Below are positions 62,849 through 64,000 of a stretch of 64,000 bases of DNA, one piece after another; the stretch's first letter is position 1, and the number at the start of each line of letters is the position of its first letter. The notes below the pieces were generated by a model. The model saw only the letters and a list, made by a program, of their open reading frames with translations, was not told the origin of the DNA and did no database searches. The DNA comes from Lama guanicoe (Eukaryota). A program made the translations under genes and the position numbers. Where the stretch lies: assembly GCA_013239625.1 (NCBI GenBank), contig MU053385.1, positions 32,958 through 96,957 on the forward strand. Reading direction: 5' to 3'.

Positions 62849-63099
62849 TTTCTCCAACCACTTGAATGCAAACGCATTGCCGGCCCAAGCCTGGTGGGCA
62901 GAGCGGCCCAGACCAGGGTCTGCAGCTCGCCCTCTTGCTCTGGGGGTGTGATCGCGTCTGTCGGCTCCCCTCCCGGGGGCACTGCCTGTGCCCTGTCCCC
63001 TGCGGGGCCGCAGGCTGGGAAACAGCGCAGACCTAGGGGTCCTGAGCGTTCACCGGTGAGAGATGGATGCCTGCCTGCTTGTCGTTTTCCTTTTGAACT

Positions 63100-64000
63100 T
63101 CCTTGAAAGCATTTTAGGTTATGGAGGAGTTGTGAAGACGGTGCGGGGTTCCCTGTGCCCTGCGCCCCCTCCCGCTGATGTCAGGCACCCTGTCGCCTGG
63201 GGCGCGGGTCATAGCGAAGAGCCCAACAGGGCGCCTCGCCTCTCGTCACCGGCTCTTCCACCTGTGTCCTCTCCTGTTCCCGGGGCGCACGGGAGCCCTC
63301 GGGGCACTCATCCTCACGTCTCCCCGGCCCCTCCTGTCTGTGACGGCCCCTCTGTCCGCCCTTGACCTTGGCCACCTGACCCTCGACGTCTTCTCAGAGC
63401 TGAGTCACACATTCTGGGGAAGATAACACAGAAGTGATGTTGTGCCCTGCCTGGCATGTCATATCTGGGGTTTATGGTCACAGTGGCGCCAAACGGTGAG
63501 CCCTCGTGGTCACCATGACCACCTGATGGGTGGTGCCTGCCGGTTCTCCACTGCAGCCACTGGTTTTCCTGTTATCGGCAAACACCCTGGGTGAGACACC
63601 TGAGACTCTGCTCTCACCCTTTTGTGCTAAAACGGTCGTCCACTGAGCTCCACACCCGTTGGTGGGTCTTGCCAGAATGGCTATTACGGGCCTTTGCCTA
63701 ACTGGGATTTTAATGTCCCCGTTCCTTCCACGACTACCAGCTGTCATTCCGTGAGTAAGAGCTGGCTTTTCTTCCACCTGTGTTCACTCGGGTTTTCACT
63801 CACGGGGACGGACGGGTCCTGGGTTGTGCTCTGGTACGTTCCCCGCTGGGCCTGCTGAGGCCCTTCAGGGGGGCACTGCCCTCCGAGGTGCCGCGTCCTC
63901 TCCCACACGTGCTCGGAGCTGCTGCCTTGTCCAGGTTTGATTTCTCTCCTGGAGGTGGACACCTGCTGACGGGCCCCTCGGTAAGATGCGGAGATCCGCA
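63100..64000 (-). mobile_element. Old L1M 3' fragment in RNH1 intron
   Basis: 'acacagaagtgatgttgtgccct...ggtggtgcctgccggttctccactg' resembles antisense L1MC/ME 3' ends. Confidence 0.55.

Overview
Mammalian genomic DNA, most likely a camelid (tRNA-Ala-derived vic-1-type SINEs), from the GC-rich region orthologous to human 11p15.5. From left to right: (1) two minus-strand IFITM paralogues, an intact IFITM3-like exon 1 (exon 2 lies off-window) and a complete but altered short copy; (2) about 28 kb of repeats, including a decayed 9.3-kb class I endogenous retrovirus (LTR-PBS(Leu)-gag-pol-env-LTR, minus strand) with nested solo LTRs, further LTRs, L1, ERVL and MIR/L2 fragments; (3) a complete 20-exon B4GALNT4 on the plus strand (1041 aa); (4) nested L1s, an orphan CpG island and LTRs; (5) the promoter and first coding exon of RNH1 on the plus strand, directly after B4GALNT4, unlike the human/mouse gene order. 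I found no wholly new biological system. The best leads are the remodelled IFITM copy (lost start codon, stop at the Y20 position, strong uORF, loss of one CC cysteine, probable C-terminal frameshift, altered interferon elements), gene-conversion tracts between the IFITM copies, strong GC asymmetry between the two LTRs of one provirus, tandem decoy splice acceptors before the last B4GALNT4 exon, and an apparent inversion breakpoint. Repeat family names and orthologue comparisons come from recalled consensus sequences, not from searches.
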